A stretch of DNA of 64,000 nucleotides, from positions 92,633 to 156,632 of the forward strand of contig JAUXVD010000021.1 in NCBI GenBank assembly GCA_030684575.1. Reading direction: 5' to 3'. This stretch comes from Nitrospirota bacterium (GTDB lineage Bacteria; Nitrospirota; Nitrospiria; Nitrospirales; Nitrospiraceae). The translations under genes and the position numbers were made by a program. The notes beneath the pieces are model-generated. The model was not told where the DNA came from. It was given only the letters and a program-made list of their open reading frames with translations, and did no database searches. Of the stretch, positions 8,969 through 17,242 are shown piece after piece. The number at the start of each line of letters is the position of its first letter. The stretch's first letter is position 1.

Positions 8969-11900
8969 TTACTGCCCGCCCATCGAGGTCCGCGAGATAC
9001 TCCCACCCCTATTTTCCTGATCCGCCGTCTTGACGGGCGGGACTTGAGGCGTCAATGGGAGAATGCGCTGATCCTCGACCGGAAGTACTTTGAAGAGGCC
9101 CCATTGCCCGGCATTCGCAAACGCCGGACGCTGGTTCTTCCACATATAGTCGCCGACGATTTTATTCGGTCCACCAGCGCCGCCTGTGAGATAGGCGTTG
9201 ATAACCTCGGATCCGCCGAACTCCATGGTGCTGACCTGGTCGGCACCCTGCATGTACGGCTCGTGTGGCCACTCATGGCCATCCACGGTAAACAACTGCA
9301 CCTGCTCGCTGAATGCCCCGAGCACGTGAACCGCCACCGGGTCTCCCACGTGCGCCTGCAAGAGCGGCGTGGAAGGCGTATCTCCGGCCTTCACGCAACT
9401 GAACACTTCGGAGATTTCACAGCCCTTTTCGATCCGCCAGGCGGTCGGCTCCGACCGGTAATTGACCGCCGTGATGCCGGCCACCTGCTGGATGTAGGGC
9501 ATGAAGCTGACGCCCACGATGTTATCCTCGTCCTGGAACATCAACGAGAAATCGCGGTAGTTCTTCCGGTTATCATTGCCGGGAATCGTCCGATCCACGA
9601 GCACGTCGGCGCGCCAGCTGCTCTTCATCGTGATGTCGGTGCCGGTCACCGGGTCGCGGTAGCGCGATCCCTTCGGACCGACAATGATGGAACCAAACAG
9701 ACCGTTCCGTGGATTCTCGACCACGTTACCCCAATCCTGAATGAGGGCGGCCAATTCTCCGTACTCCGGATGCGCGTAGTACGTGTAGGTCTTGCTCTGG
9801 CCAGGAGCGATCGTTTGATCGCCCGGATTGTTGCCGACATTGGCACCGAACGAATCTTTCGGATCGAACGCCATCATATCGACGTGGAATCCGGCTCGTT
9901 CCTTAGCCATCTCATTTTTCAGATTCACCTTTACGCAATCCCCAACGTTGACATGCAGGGTCAGCGGACTCGGCCTCAACTCCCCGGCCTTCACCCGACC
10001 CCGATCCTCGTCGAGTACGTACATCTTGCCCTGTTCGTTCCCGAAGACCATCTTCCGTTCGAGATCGACTTCCATCGTACCGGGTGTTCCTTCATGGTAC
10101 CGGATGTTCTGATCGATCGCCGACACGTTGAAGCTCTTCACCGGCGCATCCGCCGGGCAGACCGACGGGGCAGACTTTTGAATCTGCTCGCGGCTCGGCA
10201 AGGGCTTCAGATCCCCTTGCAGTTCATCGAAAACCCGGAAGAGGCCCCAACTGCCTTCCGCAAAGTGCGAGGCACGGCCACTGTAATAGAGATAGTCGCC
10301 TGCCTGCTTTTGCGGACCACCGGCTGCTGGAATCGCCGGGTCGTAGCGCTCTCCGATCGCCAAGTGAATCGTGCTTCGCGGCATGGCCATGATGCCGTAC
10401 CGTTCCATCGGGAACCAGTGGCCCGTCACGTGCCACGTATGGACTTCATTGGCGGAACCGACGAGTGCACGAACCAGAATCGGATCGCCGAGATAGGCCC
10501 GCAGCAACGGCGTGCCAGGATCTCCGTGAATACCGGACACAAACAGCTTCGACGGATCAGGATTGTTGGCCAAACGCACACTCAACGGCTCGACGCGCAT
10601 GCTGTAGCCGCTGCCCGTCGTCGCCTCTCCGCCATTCAGAAACGTCATGGCCGATTTGTTAATGCGCTCCGGGAACTGATGCGACGGAGGCCCGTCGACG
10701 GTCGTCGCCCCCATTCTAGCTTGGGGATTGTCGGTGCTGATGAGCTCCGCCGTCCGCGCATTGCTGTCCATGATATGCATCATGACCTCGCGGAAGCTCC
10801 CACGGATATGGGCCGACACCGGTTCCAGGGTATGAATATCGGCGATAGGACCGCTCCGGATTTCTTTCCCGGTCACTGGATCGTGATAGGTCGAGCGCGG
10901 CGGCTCGGTAATGAAGGCAGAAAACAGTCCATGTCCCCAGGTATCGGTCCCGAAGACATGGTCATGCCAGTAGACTGTCCCGAAATCGGAATCCACATAC
11001 CAGCGTTCGCGGATGAACTCGACACTCGCAATGTCCTTCTTCTTATGCGCGTACTTGAGCGGCGCATCGAAGGTGATCGTATTGCCCTTGATGCTCTTGA
11101 TCCGCACCACCTCAAAATACTTGGGATCGTCCATCCCCACGCCGAGTTCGATGTTCTCGTGGAACTTGGATGGATCACTCACGGTGATGCTGCGCGCGCC
11201 GGCCTTGGTATCCGCCGTCAGCACCGTGTTGCCCGGCAGCGGCATCCCCTTGTCCGGTTGCGGGTCTTCCAACATCGTGAAGGCCCGCAGCGACATGTCG
11301 TAGGAGAACCCAATCGTCGGTCCATCGGACGCGCTGGTGTCGAACTGGAAGAAATGCGGATGGAGATTGATCTTATTCGCCCATCCCGTCCTCGCATCGT
11401 CGGGAATTTCGTTCTTGAATATGATATCGACGCAATCATACACATTGCCGCGGATAACTAGCGGCAACTGCTTCTTGGGGTTCTTGCGAACCTCTTCCTC
11501 TTCTTCATGCAACACATAGATCATGCCGATCGGATCGACAATCGCAGGAGAGTTTTTAGTCGCCGGCTTGAGCGTGATCGGAAGCGTAATGGAATGAGTC
11601 GTGTAGAACTTCCGTGGAGAATGTTCCGGACACAAACTCCAAGGCCCCTGCTCGCCTGGTCGAGCCTGCTCCGTACTCTTTGTTCCATCTTCACGCACAT
11701 GGAAAGGCTCCAACCACGGTGCTCCACCATGATTCGGCGCGAACGGAGGGCGCTTTCCAAGATGTGGACGCAGCCAGGGAAATGCCAGCTTCCCGGTCTG
11801 CGGATCGAAGGTAATCGCCGGACGCTTCAACGGAGTCGGTGACACATAGTCCGGCCACTTGTGCGGCGTCTCCGGCTCGTTGAGCGCCAGTTGGCCCTCC

Positions 11901-13708
11901 CACTTCCAGTTCACGACCGTCGCATCGTGCGCCTGGGCCTGCTTCACCTGATCTTCCGTCTTGCCCGGCAAGCCCTGCGGCGGCAGCATGTACTCGACCC
12001 AATCCTTGATCGAAACCTTCACTGGGTTGGACTTCCAATCCGTCTTATCCTTGGTGATCTCATACTTCTTTCCGCCGTACCAATCCACCGTGGTACCGAC
12101 CAACTTGTCCGAACCGACTGCAAGCTTGATCTTCCCCTTACGATCCGGCAGCTCGACGAGCGGCTTCATCACATCGGTCTGGAACCCGGTCGACTGCAAC
12201 GTGTTGTACACACGCCAGAACCCCCACATCCCCGTCACATAATGCTGCGGGATATGGCAGTGAAACACGAACTCGCCGGCCAGGGCCTGCAAACCACCGG
12301 ACCCGCCCTCGGTCACTTCATCGTAAATCTCGGACGGCCCAATAGATTGCACATCCAGCCGATCCGACACATCGCTGATCGGCGGAAATTTCACCGGGCC
12401 ATTCTTGGAGAGTGTCGGATCGAGCTTGCTCGTGCCGGGCTGTCTGGCCCAGCGGATCGATCCACCATGCAGGTGGTGCGAATGTACGATTTCCGAACCG
12501 CCGATCATCCGGAACTTGGCGGGATCGCCCAGATAGGATCGCGGAACCGTCGTCGCCGGATCGCCGAAGGTGTAGGACCCGTAACCCTGCGATTCATCCG
12601 CAAACCCGACCAAATGCGCCTGTAACTCCAACCGTTCGCCGTGCGGTTCGCTCCGGTAATTCAGCAAGCGAGCGGCAGGTCGATAGGTGTCCGTATGGGC
12701 GTCACGCTGCGGCAGCATATCGCCTTTGCGGTCCAGAAGACGGAAGGTTTCGTCGCCCGCCTCATGATAGAAAATGACGAATTCACGGAAGTCGGAACCG
12801 TTCGCGACATCGATCATGGCCTCCCACCCGCTCTTCATCTCTTCCGCCGTAAAGGGGCTGAGATGGCGGGATCCCCGCGGCTCGACGACGACCGAGCCCA
12901 GCAAGCCCAAGGAATATTGATCCCTGCTCGCGTAGCTATGGAACGCGCGACCGCCTTCCTGCAGATCGATGGGGATGAACCATTCGAATTCCCCGCTCTT
13001 CCCTGAAGACACCAGGGCTTCAGGATTATTGGTGGTCGCCGGCTTGCCGGTGCTCGCCACGAGCATCTGGGAGCCGTTGATGATCATGTTCGTCGGCTCG
13101 TCGGGAATCTGATTCCGCAACGTGATCCGCAGGCAATCTCCCTGATTCGCCCGAATCACGAGCGGCTGAATGAGATCGCCCTGCAAACCATTCGAGACGG
13201 CGCCGCCAGCAAAGGTCGGATCCTCACTCTCCCGGGCAGCCTTGTTCTTCGTTTCTTCCTCGCGCACCCCTGCCACATTCTCCGTCAACACATACATGAA
13301 CCCCGGATAGAAATCGCCGAATCGATTGACGGTGATTTCGACATTCATCGCCGTGACATCATAGGCTCGGACAGGAGCGGTCACTGGACAGCGAGCGCCC
13401 TGCGTCACTTGCACCTTGTCCGGGTCCTCAGCCACGAGCAACACACCCTGCTGCATGGCATGGGCGCCGGCCCCCTGGAACGGTCCTTTCGTCTTGACCT
13501 CCCGCTCGATCTGCTGAACGGCCTTCGACATCTTGTCCTGCATCATCGGACCGGCAGCCTGATGGACGACCGTCGCCTCCGCTGTCTTGTCCGCATGCAT
13601 CACAGCCCGGTGCTGATGAGGGGTCGCTTCTGCCCATGTCTGCGTGACGCCCAAGACGGCGGCAAGCAACGCGACTCCTGCCTGACTCATAATCTTTCTA
13701 CTGGTCAT
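8969..13708 (-). CDS. giant six-domain multicopper oxidase (MnxG/ceruloplasmin-like architecture)
   Basis: ATG 13708 preceded by AGGAGGGG. Motifs: HSHHLH (nt 12467-12484), HCHIPQHYVTGM (12227-12262), LHPHF (11351-11365), YWHDH (10958-10972). Three tandem ~500-aa units share GDC[LV]x[IV]x[LF][RK]N, GL[FL]Gxx[IV]xxP and WG[LF][FW][RK]V segments. Confidence 0.85.
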   Translation of the reverse strand: MTSRKIMSQAGVALLAAVLGVTQTWAEATPHQHRAVMHADKTAEATVVHQAAGPMMQDKMSKAVQQIEREVKTKGPFQGAGAHAMQQGVLLVAEDPDKVQVTQGARCPVTAPVRAYDVTAMNVEITVNRFGDFYPGFMYVLTENVAGVREEETKNKAARESEDPTFAGGAVSNGLQGDLIQPLVIRANQGDCLRITLRNQIPDEPTNMIINGSQMLVASTGKPATTNNPEALVSSGKSGEFEWFIPIDLQEGGRAFHSYASRDQYSLGLLGSVVVEPRGSRHLSPFTAEEMKSGWEAMIDVANGSDFREFVIFYHEAGDETFRLLDRKGDMLPQRDAHTDTYRPAARLLNYRSEPHGERLELQAHLVGFADESQGYGSYTFGDPATTVPRSYLGDPAKFRMIGGSEIVHSHHLHGGSIRWARQPGTSKLDPTLSKNGPVKFPPISDVSDRLDVQSIGPSEIYDEVTEGGSGGLQALAGEFVFHCHIPQHYVTGMWGFWRVYNTLQSTGFQTDVMKPLVELPDRKGKIKLAVGSDKLVGTTVDWYGGKKYEITKDKTDWKSNPVKVSIKDWVEYMLPPQGLPGKTEDQVKQAQAHDATVVNWKWEGQLALNEPETPHKWPDYVSPTPLKRPAITFDPQTGKLAFPWLRPHLGKRPPFAPNHGGAPWLEPFHVREDGTKSTEQARPGEQGPWSLCPEHSPRKFYTTHSITLPITLKPATKNSPAIVDPIGMIYVLHEEEEEVRKNPKKQLPLVIRGNVYDCVDIIFKNEIPDDARTGWANKINLHPHFFQFDTSASDGPTIGFSYDMSLRAFTMLEDPQPDKGMPLPGNTVLTADTKAGARSITVSDPSKFHENIELGVGMDDPKYFEVVRIKSIKGNTITFDAPLKYAHKKKDIASVEFIRERWYVDSDFGTVYWHDHVFGTDTWGHGLFSAFITEPPRSTYHDPVTGKEIRSGPIADIHTLEPVSAHIRGSFREVMMHIMDSNARTAELISTDNPQARMGATTVDGPPSHQFPERINKSAMTFLNGGEATTGSGYSMRVEPLSVRLANNPDPSKLFVSGIHGDPGTPLLRAYLGDPILVRALVGSANEVHTWHVTGHWFPMERYGIMAMPRSTIHLAIGERYDPAIPAAGGPQKQAGDYLYYSGRASHFAEGSWGLFRVFDELQGDLKPLPSREQIQKSAPSVCPADAPVKSFNVSAIDQNIRYHEGTPGTMEVDLERKMVFGNEQGKMYVLDEDRGRVKAGELRPSPLTLHVNVGDCVKVNLKNEMAKERAGFHVDMMAFDPKDSFGANVGNNPGDQTIAPGQSKTYTYYAHPEYGELAALIQDWGNVVENPRNGLFGSIIVGPKGSRYRDPVTGTDITMKSSWRADVLVDRTIPGNDNRKNYRDFSLMFQDEDNIVGVSFMPYIQQVAGITAVNYRSEPTAWRIEKGCEISEVFSCVKAGDTPSTPLLQAHVGDPVAVHVLGAFSEQVQLFTVDGHEWPHEPYMQGADQVSTMEFGGSEVINAYLTGGAGGPNKIVGDYMWKNQRPAFANAGQWGLFKVLPVEDQRILPLTPQVPPVKTADQENRGGSISRTSMGGQ

Positions 13709-13993
13709 TCTCTTCCCCTCCTGAACAACATCCGTTGAATACCGTTCATTCACAGCAGCTCAATGCCTTCAACGACGGCGCGCTCAAGCACACTCGCGTC
13801 CTGTCTACTAAAAATAGTCCGGCGAAGGTTCCGCTCTTCGCGGTTGCGATTTCAGGAGGCCAGTCCATTCATGCCGCAGCCTTCACCGGACAGATTTTGA
13901 ATGCTCATTCACACAACAAATCAGACGGTGAGTGAGCAAGTCCCGTTCCATCGAAGGCTGGTGAAGCCGGAGAATGGTTTTCTCAACGATTCA

Positions 13994-14012
13994 GGCAGAT
14001 TTCGATTCTGCC
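13994..14012. promoter_or_regulatory. inverted repeat GGCAGA-N7-TCTGCC in the divergent MCO / FGE-like intergenic region
   Basis: ggcagatttcgattctgcc read directly. Candidate operator, with no other support. Confidence 0.2.
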
Positions 14013-14246
14013 GGAGGCGAATCGCGTTAAGTCATGGGACAGCAACGCCCCCTGGCTCGCAACGAGATCACGATAAAGCGCTGATGAGAGAAGTCGATTG
14101 TGAATTGTCTGAAGATACCGCTCGATGGGGCGCTGACGTCCCATTCACCCTGAATAATTCACCACCGCACGATGACAGGGACACACAACGCTCGATGCCT
14201 GAAGTGTAACCCTTCATCCTTGTGCCGATAATATCCTCGTATTATA

Positions 14247-15224
14247 GTGACCCCCTTTTTGTCCTTGTATTGGATCATCATGCAGAACAGCACTCGCACG
14301 ATCAGACGCACGAGCCGAATTCAGGCTTACCTCTACGCCTTCGGCGGCTGCATCGTCATCGTCGTGCTCATGGGGGCACCCTTAGCGCGTGGCTCTATCG
14401 AAATAAGAAACCATGAACAGAGCCCTCTCGATGCAATCGTCGCACGTTCGGGCGAATCTCCAATGCTGTCTGTCCCCGAGGGCACGTTCATTATGGGCAC
14501 CGCCCGCTACACCGACAAACCCTTCAGCCTGGAGCTTCAATATGACGACACGGAGCAGCCCCAACGACGCATCTGGCTCGATCGGTATGAAATCGATCGG
14601 GACGAGGTGAGTCTGGGAGAATACTTGCTGTGGCTCAGGCAGCAACAACGCCTCCTCCCCGAGGAGGTACGCAAACTGATCGACCACGTCACGACCATCC
14701 ATGCCCTATCGCCCGACACATTGGCACGGTGGCCTGCACTCTACGTCACCTGGTCTGAGGCCTCGGATTTCTGTCACGCGCACGGCAAGCGGCTCCCGAC
14801 GGAAGCCGAGTGGGAGAAAGCTGCTCGCGGGGACAGCGGCAATCTATTTCCTTGGGGACAAAAACCTCCCACGCCGGTGCTCGCGATGTTCGGGCAGTAT
14901 CACGTGCACGAGATTCCCCTCGTGGCGCCCGTTGATCATGGTGAGGAGGGGCGAAGCCCCTACGGCCTGCACCACATGGCGGGCAATGCCGCCGAGTGGG
15001 TCGAAGACTGGTTCGGAATCGACTACTATATGACCATGCCAAACCGCAATCCTCGCGGTCCGGCCAACGGACGCTACAAGGTGGTGCGCGGAGGCTCTTG
15101 GAAAAGTACGCCCGTGTTGTTGCGAACGGCCACCAGAAGCGGGGCATCGCTGGATCAGCGCGCCGCGACCATCGGTTTCCGCTGCGCGCAATCCGTCACG
15201 TCCTCCAGCCTTACAACTCCATGA
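14247..15224 (+). CDS. formylglycine-generating-enzyme (SUMF1/FGE-sulfatase) domain protein
   Basis: RGGSWKSTPVLLRTATRSGASLDQRAATIGFRCA and the YVTWSEASDFCHAHGKRLPTEAEWEKAARG pattern are typical of the FGE-sulfatase domain. N-terminal TM anchor. An alternative start at 14280 is possible. Confidence 0.8.
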   Translation: MTPFLSLYWIIMQNSTRTIRRTSRIQAYLYAFGGCIVIVVLMGAPLARGSIEIRNHEQSPLDAIVARSGESPMLSVPEGTFIMGTARYTDKPFSLELQYDDTEQPQRRIWLDRYEIDRDEVSLGEYLLWLRQQQRLLPEEVRKLIDHVTTIHALSPDTLARWPALYVTWSEASDFCHAHGKRLPTEAEWEKAARGDSGNLFPWGQKPPTPVLAMFGQYHVHEIPLVAPVDHGEEGRSPYGLHHMAGNAAEWVEDWFGIDYYMTMPNRNPRGPANGRYKVVRGGSWKSTPVLLRTATRSGASLDQRAATIGFRCAQSVTSSSLTTP

Positions 15225-15847
15225 GGACCGCTATGTACTGGACCTGTGTGCTGCTCGTGATCGGGCTCAGCCTCAGCACGATAATCCCGGCCATGTCGGC
15301 CACCCCACATGACCAAAAATCCCTGGCATGGAGAAGCTACACGAATGCCCGCTTCGGCTTTTCCGTCCGCTATCCCGGCACCTGGAAGCTCGGCAATCCG
15401 CTTCCGGACGGCAGTGGCATCAGCCTCCAGCCGCCGATTGACCAGAGCCTCGTCGCCCTCTCCGGCCACATGAACCTCATAGAGGGATCGAGCCAGGATA
15501 CACGGCAGACGCTCGACGAATTCGCCACCGCCCATCGGCGAATCCTCACCAACCTATTCGAAAAAAAGAAGATCGCCCTCGCCTGGCAAAAGGAGCAAGA
15601 CACCACTCTGGCTGGGTTCCCGGCCAAACGCTTGGCCTTCACGTACCAAGACGAGCACCAGACCGCGATGTTCGAACTGCATATTTTTTCGTTGGGACGT
15701 AACGAAGGACGGGGGGTACGGATCAAGGTGCCGGTCTCAGCACAGGCAGATCTGCTGCCGTCCGTCACGAAAGTGCTGGAGACCTATCAGCCCGGACGCG
15801 ATCAAAACGCGGTCAGCCCTCTGGCGCAGAAATCAGCCACTCCGTAA
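15221..15847 (+). CDS. hypothetical secreted protein
   Basis: The ATG at 15221 overlaps the FGE-like stop (ATGA). Signal-like MRTAMYWTCVLLVIGLSLSTIIPAMSA. The longer ORF from 14996 is an out-of-frame overlap artefact. Confidence 0.55.
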   Translation: MRTAMYWTCVLLVIGLSLSTIIPAMSATPHDQKSLAWRSYTNARFGFSVRYPGTWKLGNPLPDGSGISLQPPIDQSLVALSGHMNLIEGSSQDTRQTLDEFATAHRRILTNLFEKKKIALAWQKEQDTTLAGFPAKRLAFTYQDEHQTAMFELHIFSLGRNEGRGVRIKVPVSAQADLLPSVTKVLETYQPGRDQNAVSPLAQKSATP

Positions 15848-15859
15848 ACTGCAGACCTC

Positions 15860-17242
15860 TTAACTCGGCTCCCGAAGACCATGCCGCTTGACCATCCGTT
15901 CGATGGTCTTGCGGTCCACACCGGCTTCCTGAGCCGCGTTGCTCATGTGCCACTGGTGGCGCTGAAGAAGTTCAAGCAGAAAGCTGCGCTCGAACGAACG
16001 AACCACTTCTTGTTTGACCTGCTTATAGGACCCTCCTTCCATAGAAGCCGTATCGCCGGAAGCGGCCAGCCCCAGGCCGGATGGTAAATGCTCGAGACGG
16101 ACCACTGGGCCGTCGGCCAATGCCGCCGCTCGCTCGATCACGTTCTGAAGCTCCCGAACATTGCCCGGCCAGCTATGGCTCATCAAGGCCGCGACCGCTG
16201 CGGGCTCGAAGGTCGGAATGGCACCGGCATCCGTTCGATGCTGCTGCATGAAACGCTGCAAAAATTCGTGCGCCAATACTTCAATATCACCCTCCCGCTC
16301 TCGCAAGGGGGGAAGGACGACGGGAATGACGTTGAGGCGATAATAGAGATCTTCTCGAAACTCGCCCTTCTTCTGTGCCTCCGCCAGATCCCGATTCGAA
16401 GCCGCAATCACTCGCACATCGATATCGATATACCGTGTCCCGCCAACCCGACGAAACTGGCGTTCCTGCAACACTCTGAGCAATCGCGATTGCAGCGTCT
16501 GGCTCATCCCGCTGACTTCGTCCAAGAACACCGTGCCGCCATGGGCCGTTTCAAACAGACCGGGTTTGGCCGCATGGGCTCCGGTGAATGCGCCCCGCTC
16601 ATGCCCGAATAGTTCCGATTCCAGCAAGGCATCCGGCATGGAGACACAGTCCACCGGCACAAACGGCTTATTCGCTCGCTGACTATGATCATGGATCGCG
16701 CGGGCAACCAGCTCCTTGCCTGTTCCGCTTTCACCATAGATCAGAATGTTTGCATCCGTTCTGGCCACCTTAATGACCAGACTCAAGACGGCTTGAATGG
16801 CCGAACTCTTGCCCACAATCTGTCGCAGCGGGTGCTTAGCTCGCGCGAGGACCGGAGACAGACTCTGCCGAGGCGACTCCTCGAAGGCCCGGTGCGCGAC
16901 GTCTTCAAGATCCCTGCTCGTATAGGGTTTCAGGATGTAATCCAGCGCCCCTTGCCGCATGGAGGACACCGCGGTTTGTACAGTCGCAAAGGCCGTCATC
17001 AGAACGACCTTGATGGTCGGATCGAACCGTTTCGTCGCGTTGAGCACATCGATGCCGCTCAGACCCGGCATGCGCAAATCGGTGAGCACAAGGCCTGGGC
17101 GCTCCTGTTGAACGACGTTCAGCGCACGAACCGGATCATGCTCCGTCAAACATTCATGGCCGAGCCGGCTCAAAATGCGACGACAGTTTTCGAGCGCCTC
17201 CACTTCGTCATCGACGATCAGTATTTTGCCTGCATGTCCCAT
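15860..17242 (-). CDS. sigma54-dependent response regulator (NtrC family)
   Basis: Receiver domain (ILIVDDE...DLRMPG), AAA+ domain with GESGTGKELVARAIH and ESELFGHERGAFTGA, and a C-terminal Fis-type HTH. Confidence 0.9.
   Translation of the reverse strand: MGHAGKILIVDDEVEALENCRRILSRLGHECLTEHDPVRALNVVQQERPGLVLTDLRMPGLSGIDVLNATKRFDPTIKVVLMTAFATVQTAVSSMRQGALDYILKPYTSRDLEDVAHRAFEESPRQSLSPVLARAKHPLRQIVGKSSAIQAVLSLVIKVARTDANILIYGESGTGKELVARAIHDHSQRANKPFVPVDCVSMPDALLESELFGHERGAFTGAHAAKPGLFETAHGGTVFLDEVSGMSQTLQSRLLRVLQERQFRRVGGTRYIDIDVRVIAASNRDLAEAQKKGEFREDLYYRLNVIPVVLPPLREREGDIEVLAHEFLQRFMQQHRTDAGAIPTFEPAAVAALMSHSWPGNVRELQNVIERAAALADGPVVRLEHLPSGLGLAASGDTASMEGGSYKQVKQEVVRSFERSFLLELLQRHQWHMSNAAQEAGVDRKTIERMVKRHGLREPS

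Noticed and set aside
9044-11461. 805-aa plus-strand ORF
   Set aside because: It lies entirely antisense to the multicopper oxidase gene. It has an Arg/His/Pro-rich low-information composition typical of shadow ORFs in GC-rich DNA, whereas the minus-strand frame carries clear MCO motifs.
13709-14246. sigma54 (-24/-12) promoter for the MCO or FGE-like operon
   Set aside because: The candidate TGGCC...TCGCA and GGCAG...TGCC strings have the wrong GG-to-GC spacing (14-16 instead of 12). None is acceptable by eye, and a PWM scan is needed before any claim.
14996-15220. N-terminal 75 codons of ORF 14996..15847
   Set aside because: This part overlaps the well-supported FGE-like gene in another frame. 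The ATG at 15221 gives a proper signal peptide and an ATGA junction.
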